Shown here one piece after another: positions 30,701 to 41,511 of a DNA stretch of 64,000 nucleotides (the first letter of the stretch is position 1; each line of letters opens with the position of its first letter). Source of the stretch: Cyanophora paradoxa CCMP329 (Eukaryota > Plantae > Glaucophyta); contig QPMI01000409.1 in the NCBI GenBank assembly GCA_004431415.1, forward strand, positions 470,508-534,507, given 5' to 3'. The position numbers were made by a program, and so were the translations under genes. The notes under the pieces were generated by a model that saw only the letters and a list, made by a program, of their open reading frames with translations, did no database searches and was not told the origin of the DNA.

Positions 30701-33700
30701 GGCGGCCTCGAGCCCCCGGCCCAGGACTCGGTCTCCTCGGAGGGCCCTCCCAGCGCCGGCGGCAAGGGCGCGGAGGCGGAGGCGGAGGCGGTGCGGGGGA
30801 ACGGGGCGGGCGGGGCGGAGGGCGGGGCGGGGCGGCGGCGCGGGGCCCCGCGGCGCTGCGGGGCTCGTCGTCAACGGAGGGCCCCGTGGCGGTGCTGGAG
30901 ACGAGCGCCGCCTCCTCCTCCGCCTCCGCCTCCGCCTCCGCGCCGGCCTCCCCCAGCGACGGCCCCGCCGACGCCCAGCCGCCCAGGCGCCCCCGCCGGC
31001 CGCCGCCCCCGCCGCCGCCGCGGGGCCGGGCCGGCGGGGGCGGCCGCGGAGCAGGGGCAGCAGGGGCAGGGGCCCTCGGGGGCGGGCGTGGCGTCGGGGC
31101 CGTCGCCGACGGGGGCGGAGGGCAAGTCGCCCTCGGCTGCCGGCGACGGCTCCAGCGGCTCGTCTGACACCACCTCGTCCGGCGAGGAGGAGGGCGAGGG
31201 CGGCGGCAAGGACGCCCGGCGGCGGGCCAAGGCGCGGCGGCAGCGGCGGGCGGCGCGGCGCGGCGAGAGGGAGCGGCGGCAGAAGCAGGGGCGGGGCGGG
31301 GCGGACTGGGACCGGATCGAGGCGGATCTGGAGGAGAAGGCGGGGGGCCGGACGCAGCGGCGGGTGCAGATGCTGCTGGCGGAGACCTCCTTCCTGAAGC
31401 GCAACTACTCGATCAAGCCCTCGCAGACCTTCGTCGACAGGAAGCGCCGCGCCTCCGCCGAGGAGCAGCCGCCCCTCCACGCCGCCCCTGCCCCCGCCCC
31501 CGCCCCCGCCGCTGTCGCGGCGGCTGCCGACGGGGCGGGCGGCGCGCCCACGGAGGAGGAGGTCCTCCGCTACGAGATGGCGAACCCGTTCCAGGGCCCC
31601 ATCGTGCGCCGCCGCCCCCCGCGCCCGCCCCGCCCGCCCGTGCGCGCGCGCTTAGCCCCCGCGCAGGAGAAGGTGTCGCTGGCGGTGCAGGTCTTCCTCG
31701 TGCTCCTCACCCTCGCCTCGGTGGCCGTCGCCTTCGTGCCCCTCTACAACTACGAGCCCCTCGCCCCCCGCACCGAACAGGCCCTCGTGCGGCCCCGCCC
31801 CCCCTCGATCGAGCGCGCCCCTCGCCTTGCCCGTCCGTCTCACGCAGAGGCGCCCCCCCCCCCCCCCCAGGCCTGGTTCGACTTCTTCACGACGACGACC
31901 TTCATGGTCGACTTCGTGGCGCGATACGTGCGCCCTGCTCTTCCGTTCCTCGGGGCGGGCGCCGAGCGGGCGGACCCCTCCCTCAGGTGATGCGGGACCG
32001 GGGGGCGACGCCGGGCCTCCGGAGCTACGTGTGGGCCAACAAGTGGGACATCCCCTCGCGTGCGCGCCGCGCAGCGTCGCCCCCCTCGAGCGATCGCGCT
32101 GAGGGGCCGCGCGGGGGGCAGTGATCCCGGACATCCCGGGGGTGGCGGACGCCGGATTCCTCTCGTTCCTCGTCATCACCCGCCTCACCCGGTGCCCTCC
32201 GCCGCCCCGCCCCGTCCCCGCCCCGACCCGCCGTGCACCAACACCCGCCTCGGCGGCAGGCTGCTGCGCATCCTGCGCGTCTTCCGCCTCTTCCGCCTCG
32301 TGCGGCTCTACCACCGCCTCACCCACGCCTCCCTCCTCGTCATCCTCATCGTCGAGCGGCCCATGTGCGCCCGCCCCAGCGCCCCCTAGGGCCCCATCCG
32401 AGCCCTCTGAGCCCCTGCATGTCCTCCCCCCAGCATGTTCCTGTCGCTGGTGACGGTGCTTGTCGTGCTGCTCGCCTCGGTCATCCTCAAGATCGTCGAG
32501 CAGGACACCAACGAGGGCTTCCGGTCCGAGCGCCCCCACGCCCCCGCCGCCCCAGTCTCGCTTACCGCCGCCCCCCTGCCCCCCCCGCAGCGACTTCGGC
32601 AACGTCGTCTGGTACACCCTCGTCACCCGTGCGGCCCTCCCGCCCCCGCCCGCTCACCCTCCGGCGCCCTACATCGCGGCGGGCCGACCGGGGGCGGGGC
32701 GGGGCAGAGGCGACGATCGGGTACGGGGACTACAAGGCCGGCACGGGCTTCGGGCGGGCCATATCCATGGTCCGCTCCCGCCCCGCCCCGCCCCGCCCCG
32801 CCTGGACCCGCCCTCGCGCTCGCCCTCAGCGCCGTCCCCCGCAGGCGAACGCGATGCTGGGGATCGGCCTCCTGGGCGCCCTCTCGGGCAAGGCCGTCGA
32901 GCGCTTCCTCACCGCCGACGCCTCGTGCGCCCGCTCACGCCCGCCCGCCCCCCGCTCCGCCCCGGCGAGCGGCGGGGCGCAGGCAGGCGAAGCGGATCCG
33001 GAGCGCGCGGCACGCGCAGCAGAAGACGCTCTACGACGAGGGCTGCCTCCGCCGCCTCTGGGACATCCGCAACCCCCTCTCGGCCGTGCTCCCCCGCGAC
33101 CCCCTCGCCGCCCTGCGCTCCGCCGGCGCCCTCGCCCCCTCCGAGGCCGGCGGCGGCGGCCCGCCCTCGAGCGGGGGCGACCCGCGGGCCTCGCCGGCGC
33201 CGAGCCGCGGGGCCGCCTCGGCCGTCTCGGCCCTGGCGCGGCTCGGGCGGCAGGTCTCCCAGACCCTCTTCCGCTCCGTCTCCCTCGCCTCCTCCCCGCC
33301 CGCCTCCCTCCCCGCCATAGCACCCCCGGCCCCCGGCCCCAGGCCGCCCCCAGCCCCGTCCCCAGCCCGCCCTCCGCCCCAGCCCCACGCCCGCCGCCCG
33401 CGAGCCGCCGGCGCTGCCGCCGCCGTCGCCGATGGGGGCCGGCCCCGAGATGGTGCCCCGCGAGCCCTCGCCGATCAACAAGCAGCAGGCGGATCGGGTG
33501 GGGTTCCCGACCCGCGCCCCTGGCGACTCGGAGACGACCGTGAGCGGCGGCGGCGGGGCGCGCCCGCGGGTCCCCTCGGAGACGCCCCTGCCGGAGCGGC
33601 CGGTCTCGCCGGGGGGCGTGAGCGCGACGAGCGGGGCGGGGGCGGTGGGCGGGGGGATCACGGGCCGCGTGCGCAAGCTGGTGGCGCGCGCCTCGGCCTC

Positions 33701-35393
33701 GTGGGCCCTCGGGAACGACTACAAGGACGCCGCGGCGACGCCCCTCGACCTCCTCCGCAAGCTCATGCGCTCCGCGGGGCTCGACAGCCGGCGCCGCTCC
33801 GGCCTCAAGGGCTCCTTCGCGGATTTCTGGGCGGAGCTGCAGCGCATCGTCTTCGAGCCGCCCCGGCAGAACGAGCTCGCCATCGAGAAGCTCTTCACGA
33901 TGCTGCACCACCAGCGCGCCGGCGACGGGCGCGTGCCCCTCCCCTACTACGACCTCTCCGACCCCCTCGACCAGCGCGAGATGCGCCTCGACGAGGTAAG
34001 CGAGCGGGCGAGCGAGCGAGCGCCCCTGCGCCGCCCCTTGGCACCCTCCCTCGCCGCCCCTGACCGCCTTCCCCCTCGCCTCCCCGGGGGGCAGCTGCTG
34101 GCCAAGTTCGGGGTGGACAAGCGGCCGGACTTTGACGACATCCGCGACCAGGTCCTCACCGTCCTCCTCCTCGAGGAGCGCTTCCAGTCCGCCCGCTGGT
34201 GCCTCGACCGCCTCCGCTACAGGGTCCGGCCCCCGCCCCCGCCCGCTTGCTTGCTCCTCGTCGAGCTGCGCCCCTCTGAGCCTCCGCTCGCAGCCGCTGG
34301 CGACCTGGCACCGGCCGCTGGTGGAGCCGTCCTGGGCGGGGCCGCCCCCGCGCCTCCGCATCGCCCGCTTCCGCTGGCGCCGCGCCGCCGTCACCGTGCG
34401 CGCCGCCGTGCGCTGGCGGGCGCTCGGGCGGGCGGCGGGAGCGGGATGCACCGCGGCTCGCTGGCGCACATCTACGAGCCCGGGGCGGGCGAGGACTGGG
34501 ACAAGCAGCCGGCGGAGCGCCGCGGCTCGCTGCCGCGCTCGCTCACCGTCTCGCGGCCGGCGGCGCTGGGCGGGGCGGCGGCGCTGACGGCCTCGCCGGC
34601 CCTCTCGCCGCTGCTGGCACCAGCGGAGCCGGCGCGCTTCACCGTGCTGCCTGAGCCGGGGCGAGACGCCGGCCTCAGCAAGTCCTTCCGCATCCCCTTC
34701 TCCCTCTCCTTCGCCCGCAGGCCCTCCGCCTCCCCCGCCCCGCCCCCGCCCGCCCCCTCGTCCTCCATCCGCCCGCCCAGCCTCGAGTCGGGCATGGGCG
34801 CCCCCGGCGCCGGCGGCCCCGGGACGGCCGCGCACACGCCCGAGGGCTCCCTGCAGAACGGCAATGCGCTTCCTGCGGCGGAGGCGGCGGCGGCGCTCCC
34901 CTCGCCGCACCTCTCGGCGCGGGCGGGGCCGCGGCCGGCGGGGCGCGTGCAGACGGTGGCGGAGGAGGAGGAGGAGGACGAGGCGCCCGACCTCGGCCTC
35001 CACGTCGAGAGCGCAAGGTCCGCCCCCGCCCCACCCCCCCCCCCCCCCCCCCCCCCCCACCCCAGCCCCCCTCGGGGAGCTTTGCGCTTCCGAGGAGCGC
35101 AGTCTGACGGCGCCGGCAGCGAGGAGGAGGAGGAGGGGGACGGGGAGGAGGCGGGGGCGGGGCCCCTGACCTCGAAGAGCCGGGGCTCGGGGAGCCACTC
35201 GGGCAAGTCGCGGGGCGCCCGCCGCCTCCCCAGCGCCGGCGCCCGGGACGAGCAGCAGCAGCAGGCGGCGATCCCCGGCCGCATTGCCTCCCTTGAGGAG
35301 GCCCCGGGGGGCGACGCGCCGTCCCTCTCCCCGCCCCCCGCCCCCGGCATCCGCCACCGCGCGCCCCGCCCCGCCCCCGACCCCGACGCGTGA
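27765..35393 (+). CDS. Voltage-gated-type K+ channel (6TM-P) fused behind a signal peptide, large ectodomain, TSP3-like repeat and extra TM helix
   Basis: Signal peptide MKPREKGPRRRGAALTFLCLCLLAAAHA; DLDKDNDDAWDAVDAFPLLGTEQWDSDNDG|VGD at ~30061-30230; TM ILYLTWGLVMAMLILGTAAVVAIEAWW at ~30300-30455; S1 VSLAVQVFLVLLTLASVAVAFV; S4 RLLRILRVFRLFRLVRLYHRL from 32260; pore DFGNVVWYTLVT|QATIGYGD with TIGYGD at 32713-32730; S6 GRAISM|ANAMLGIGLLGALSG. A few 1-nt indels are needed in GC runs. Confidence 0.85.
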
Positions 35394-36665
35394 GCGCTAC
35401 AGCTAGCCTCGTTCGCTGGTGGCTAGCTAGCCTGTAGCTAGGAGCAGCACATCTGCGGTCTACGCCGGGCGCTTTATTTATTCGATTTCATTTATGGCAC
35501 GCTGCTGCACGCTTAGAATTTTGTGGCGAGCAAGGTCGGGTGCACGTGGGGGGATGGGATCGGGCCTTAGATGACCTCGCCGTCGAGCTCCACTGCCGCG
35601 CGGGCCCGGCCCGGCCCGCATGCGCAGTGCGCGCGCGCCGGCCGCGGCGGCCCATGGCCAGCAGGCTGCAGCAGCCTCATCAGCCAGCCTGGCCGGCGCC
35701 TGGCTCGCCGCCGGGCTGGCCACGCAGCTGCAGCTGCAGGCAATTGCGCAAGATTAATGGCAGCGCGCGCCGCGCGCGGCGCGGGGCATTTCCGAGCGCA
35801 TATGCATGCGCAGCGCTAATTATAATAGCGGTCTCTTAAGCTTAAGCTTGGCTAGCCGCCTGAGCACTAAAGCTAGCGCCTCTGGGTGATCTAGTCTCGC
35901 CAACCTAACGCTGTTTAAATTCACAGTTCAATCAGACAAAATACGTATACTGGGCAATAAAGCAGATCTAGATCAGGTTTCAAGTTTCCCGGATCAGATC
36001 ACTCAGATCGGATGGTGACTCACGTCGATGACGCAACAGAGGTTTTCGTGTCGGTAGGTTGGTCGACCGGCGCTGAGGGGGCGCCCTTCGCACGGGAGGC
36101 ATCGCCTGCACCGATGTCGGTGCCTTGACGAGCGCGCTACCTTCGAAGTCGCCTTGACTATCTACCCCCGCCTTCTGTTCCGCGCCGCGCGGACCCGAGG
36201 CTTCGCGCGCGTCGCCCACCGCCGGCCGATCGATCGACTCGCGGCGACTTGGACGCTGGGAGCCTGGGACGCGTACGCGCGACTAGATCGGATACCTGCA
36301 GTTAGCCGCCGGTAGAACCAGAAGCGCGACGTGGCTGCAGCCTGCGCATCGGCGGCCGCTTCAACGGCCGCAGGATCCACGCGCGCTCGGAGCCGCTGAG
36401 TGGCTGGGAGGCTGGAGCATCGTCGCGCGCGAGCATAGATCGACGGCTCAGCGAGCAGCTGCAGCAAGCGTACGGAGCCGCGCCGCGAGCGGCGCAAATC
36501 TAGATCTAGATCTCGATCTGCCTCGATTGGGACCGCGGCCGTCCGGAGCGCGCGAAGCGAACGAGCTGCAGGCGGGCTCCCCCCTGCACATACGGAAATC
36601 CAGATATCGATAAGCCAGCAGGCGGAGGTGCGATGGCGCCGAGCGCACAAGACACAGACGGGCAG

Positions 36666-39429
36666 GAGTCGGACTGCGGGCTGTCCAGGGCCGACGATAA
36701 GAAAATCAGGAACCGCGAGGCCTCCCGGCGCTTCCGGTGCGCGGGGCTCCGAGTGCCGGGAGAATAGCTTAGTTTCGTCGCCTGATTTCCGGGCCCGCGC
36801 GCAGAGAAAAGAAGAAGGTGCGAGGCGGCAGCTGTGCAGCACATTGTGGGCGCCTCCGGGATGCCCCTCGCATACGAAAATGCTGACCTCGCGGCTCATG
36901 CCAGGCCTGCGAGCGAAAGCTCGCAGAGGAGAATGCGGTCCTCAAAGATGAGATGGTGCGCATGCGAGACGAACGTTGCTTTGATTTGTTCCGGATCCGC
37001 CGCGTCGCCCCTAACTGCCCCGCCCCGGCCCGGGCCGCGGGAACCGTCAGGAGCACCTTCGGAAGAAGCTCGCGAGCACGCACGTGGACGCGGCCGACGC
37101 GATCAGCGACATGCACAGCGCCATGGTCCGCCGCCCCGGCCCCGGCCCCGGCCCCGGCCCCGCCCCCGCCGACGCGGGGCGAAGAGGAGCGCGATCGAGC
37201 ACCTGGTGCGGGGCCTGCCCGACGCCCTCGCGCCCAACATCGAGAAGGCCCTCAACGGTGCCCGCCCCCTGCCCCTAGATCTAGATCTGCAGCTGCCGCC
37301 TCGAGCTCAGCCTCGAAACTCGAAACGCGCGCCCGCGCCCCCCACCGCGGTCCGAGCGGCGGGGCGGGGGCCGCAGCCAAGGCGCAGGCGTACACGACGG
37401 TCACCCAGGTGCGCGGGGCCTCGCTTTAGGTAAGGGGGCCGCCCCGCCGGTCTCACGCCGGCCCCGCCGGGCCACCGCGCAGCTCATCAAGGACCTGCCG
37501 CACATCATCCCCCCATCGCCTACGCAGAGGTGGCCCCCGTCCCCTTCGATTCCCCCCCCCCCCCCGACCCTCGCGCCCCCGTCTGACCCTGCTTCTCCCC
37601 CCCCTCCTCCCCCAAGATCCACATGTGGTGCGAATCCACACCATCCGCGCGGAAAGCCGCGCCGTGCAGGAAGCGGGGCCCGCAGCTGACCGCTCGCCCC
37701 CGCCCCCGCCCCGCCCGGATTCCAGGGTCATGTCCAACTGGATCGACCTGCAAAAGGAGGGCGTCGGTGCGCCCGCCCAGCTCCCGGCCGGCCGGCCCAT
37801 GGTCGGCGAGCTGATACGCCGCGCGCCGCGCGCAGAGCCGAAGGAGGGCCTGCTGCGGGACGTCTTCCGCATGTTCAAGGGCAAGCGCTTCCGCCAGTGC
37901 CCCGTCTCCAGGGAGCAGGTCCAGGTCCGCTTCCGCCCCCCGCGCCAGCCGAAGCGACCCCGGCGCGTCTCACTCCAGCGACCTCGGGGGCGCCCGGCTG
38001 GCGGCGGCCTCGCAGTCGATCCTGGACTGGTACGTGGAGGCGGAGCCGCGCTACCTCAAGTCCCTCGAGAACAAGCGCCGCCTCCGCCGTGCCCGCCCCC
38101 GCCCCCGCCCCGCCCCGGCCCCCCCACGCGCCGGCGCTGAGGTCGGGGCGGGCGGGGCGGGGGCAGAGCTGCTGGAGGAGGCGTCGGCGCTCGCGAAGGA
38201 GGTCGAGGACGACGACCGCTGGTTCCGCACCAAGGCCCGCCCGCCCCCGCCCCGCCCCCGCTCCGCCCCGCCCCCGCCCCGCCTCGTGCAGAGCCTGACC
38301 CCGGGGCGCGCGCAGGTGGAGACGCACACGCTGAGCAACCTGCGGCCGGAGCAGATCGCCGCCCGCTTCGCGTGGTTCGACTCCCACATGCCCGCCCTGC
38401 AGGCGCGTGCACGTTTGCAGTTGTTCTGAACTGCGTCCAATCTTGGAGCTCACTCCGCCCCCCGCAGGACGCGATCGTGGGGTACCGCTTCAGCCTGGCG
38501 AGCCCGCACACGACGAGCCCGCCGGCGGCCCTCCCGCCGGCCTCCGGGTCCCGCGCGGGGAGCGTGCGCAGCCCGCGGAGCGCCAGCGGGTCGAGCCCCT
38601 CGCCCCGCCGCCGCACCGGTACCGGCGCCAGCTCCGGCGAGGGCGAGGGGCCGGCGCCCCCGGCGGCCGAGCGCAGGGCCCGCGCCCGCCCGCCGCCGTC
38701 GCCGCCGCCGCCGCCTGCGCATCGTCGCGATCGAGCCCCGCCCCCGCCCCCGCTGCCGAGGCGGTGAACGCCGCGTCGGCCCTCCTCCCGCCCGTCTCCT
38801 CCGCCTCCTCCTTCGACCGCGAGCCGGGCCTGGCTTACATAAAGGCCGTCGCCGCCGCCGCCGCCGCCCCGGGACCGGCCCCCGCCGCCGCCCTCGGCCT
38901 GGGCAGGCTCCGCAAGCGGGGCGCGGAGACCCCGCCGGCCGGCCGCCTGACGGTGCCCGCTCCGCCGCTGGGGTACGCGGCGCCGGGCGTGGGGGCCGGC
39001 CCGCGGGCGCGCTGCAGTCGGAGCTGCTGCGGGATCTGATCCGGGACGCCGTGACGCGGGAGCTGACCCACTTCCTGGACGCCTCGGGGGCCGCGCCCCA
39101 CGCCGGCGCCCCCTGGGCCCCGACCTCGGCCCCGCCCTGCCCCACGCCCACGCCCACGCCCACGCCGCCGTGCCCCCCGCCGGGGCCGGCGGGGCGCCGC
39201 ACGCCCACGGCCTCGCGCACGAGGGCATCCCCTTCCTCTCCGTGCGCGCCCCGCGGCCGCCTTGCCCGCCTGGTGCCGGTTCGAGCCCTCTGACCGCGCC
39301 GGCGCGCCCCAGAACTTCTACGCGATGCACCCGGAGCTGCCGACGCTGGACGCCCCCGGCAACTTCTCCCTCGGCATCGGCGGCGCCGGCCGCAACTCCC
39401 ACAACGACCTCTCCAACGCCCTCTTATAG
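36666..39429 (+). CDS. bZIP transcription factor with a C-terminal helical domain (start not resolved; lies upstream, possibly ATG 36012)
   Basis: Exons 36666-36736, 36805-36817 (13-nt microexon), 36905-36955 and the next one give KKIRNREASRRFR|EKKK|ACERKLAEENAVLKDEM|EHLRKKL, an exact N-x7-R-x9-L-x6-L-x6-L bZIP pattern. Later exons include NLRPEQIAARFAWFD; ends HNDLSNALL*. Confidence 0.8.
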
Positions 39430-41511
39430 CCCCCGGCCGCACCTGCAAAAGCCCCCAGAGTGTGCATCGGGCTACATCTTGCGTTTAGTGGCACTGGGGA
39501 TTAAGTTAGTCGGTTATTCGCTCTTCCGGTCTTTGCGTCGACGTCCCCACTTGACCTTCTGTAGAGCTTTTTGTGCAGACCCCCCCCCCCGCTCCTCTCA
39601 AACACCTTATTCACAGTAGCTATAGGCGTCGTTCGTGCGACTTGGTAAGGCAGCTGTAGACGTAGTTCACGTTATCGTCAGCGACGGGGCGCTCAGAATC
39701 GAGAGTCTTTAATTTGTTTTGTAGTCCGTAAGAGTTGGGCAGGTTTATTTCCTTTCGCGTGCGTGTCTGCCCAGCCCTGCGGCTGCCCCGCGGCGACTGT
39801 AATTATATCTATCAGATTTCGCCGCAATTTTTGGTCGATGTCGGATTAGTTGGGGAAGGGTAAAACACTTCCCCTGTCCCTCTCCTTTGGGCCCAACCCT
39901 GCCCCAAATCCCGTTTCCCCGACTTCCTCAAAACCCGGGCCGCGCGGTACACCCTGAAAGCCCATCCCTAGGGGACCCCGGAACCAAGTCTCCCGGTCCC
40001 GTCCGACCAAAGGGTGATCCAGGAACAGGCACCAACACCCGGGACAAAAATGGGTCCAGCGATGTACAGGGAGCAGATATACGGGCCAGACCAGTTCGAG
40101 ATCGATGCTCGCATTATTCCCGACATTCTGTACTGCGAGAGCGAGGCCGGGCGCGAGCGCGGTCGCGTAGGAGGACGTCGCGCGCGCTAGCCAATCACAA
40201 TGGAGAGTCCGTTAACTTACCCTGCGAAAACCTCTTAAGGTACCCCCCCCGGCCGCTTTCTCCCCCGGCCGCGGGCGCCGCAGCTCGGCTCGGCTCAACA
40301 ATGGTTACGCCTCTCGCGCGCGTGGCAGTTTGCTGTGGCTCAGCGGCTAGCCGTGCCAGCCGCTCACGCTTCACCCGCGCCAACCGCGCACGCCCCGACG
40401 GAATTGCACAAGCCGGCCGCAAGCCAGCCGCACTTGGCCGGCTATGCCACTTGCAACAAGCCGACGCCCGCGCGGCGCGCGCGCCGCGCGACGCAGAGCC
40501 CCCGCGCGCGCGCGATGCGCATGCCTGCTGCAGCCGCGCGCTGATCATGAGCTGGCCCGCTGCGCCGCTTTCTGAGCGGAGCGTGAGCTTGAGCAGCGTC
40601 CCCGCGCGCGCCCGCGCCCAGATCGCGCGGAGGCCCAGGCCAGCCGGCGCCGGCGCCGCGCGCCTCCGCGCCACGCGCGCCGTGACGCACACATGTACAT
40701 GTGCACTCGTGCACCCGCCACGCCTCACGCGCGCGACGGTCGCGGGGCATGCGCAGGAGCTCGAGCACGTCCACATCATGGCATGTACACAAGGTTAACG
40801 TTCAATTTGCGAGCCATCCCCCGGCCCGCCCCCGAAGCCCGCGCCCTATATAGCTAGGCCCTGAGGCCTACCTTTAGAGGACAGCTCGCCTCGATATCGA
40901 TCGCGAGGACATGTACAGCTCGCCTGGCATGGCCAGCCTCGGAGCCGGCCCGGCGGCTCGCCCGCCCACCGCGCGCCCTCTTAAGCTTAAGCTGATCATG
41001 AAGTCCCTGCTCTCTGCATCATGGCATCTAGATCTAGATCTTCGGATTCGCCGAGGTTAAATGCCCTTCCCCGGACCCAACTGACGTCGACGCGCGCGGC
41101 AAGTCAGTGGCCCTTTATATTCGAATTCAAAGGGCTCATATCTTGGCCTGATGATTGATACCCAGAACGGATCCCTCTGTAGGTAGGATTTCGCTGTACA
41201 CTTAGAGTTGTTTATTTCCGGATCCGAGTTCTTTAACTTAAGTTAGTCTAGCCTACTAGGCTAGTAGCAGGCCGGTCTCGATTTCATCTTTTGCGCTCTG
41301 AGCTGTCAGTGTGGTGGTTCCATGATTTGCGTTCCCCTGAAATGTTTCGTGTCCTGCATCTTTGATATCATGAATGATTGTATACATTTGGTCCCCATCG
41401 ATTCGTGCGGGGGCGGGGGCGCGGGGCCGGGGCGAGCCTCGGAGGGGCCCCCGGCGCGGACCGTGGGGTCGGAGAGAGGGCGGGCGGGCGCCGGGGCCGG
41501 GGCCTGGCGGC

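Noticed and set aside
32826-35357. 843-aa minus-strand ORF, and similar long ORFs such as 41374-43590 (+) and 20625-22337 (+)
   Set aside because: Antisense shadows of real spliced genes. Stop codons are rare at this GC content and the translations are low-complexity R/G/A/P with no motifs.
39450-41300. 303-aa ORF 39887-40798 or a hidden RNA gene in this intergenic block
   Set aside because: Non-ATG start, no coding-like codon bias or motifs, palindrome-rich like other intergenic DNA; no tRNA or rRNA structure recognised.
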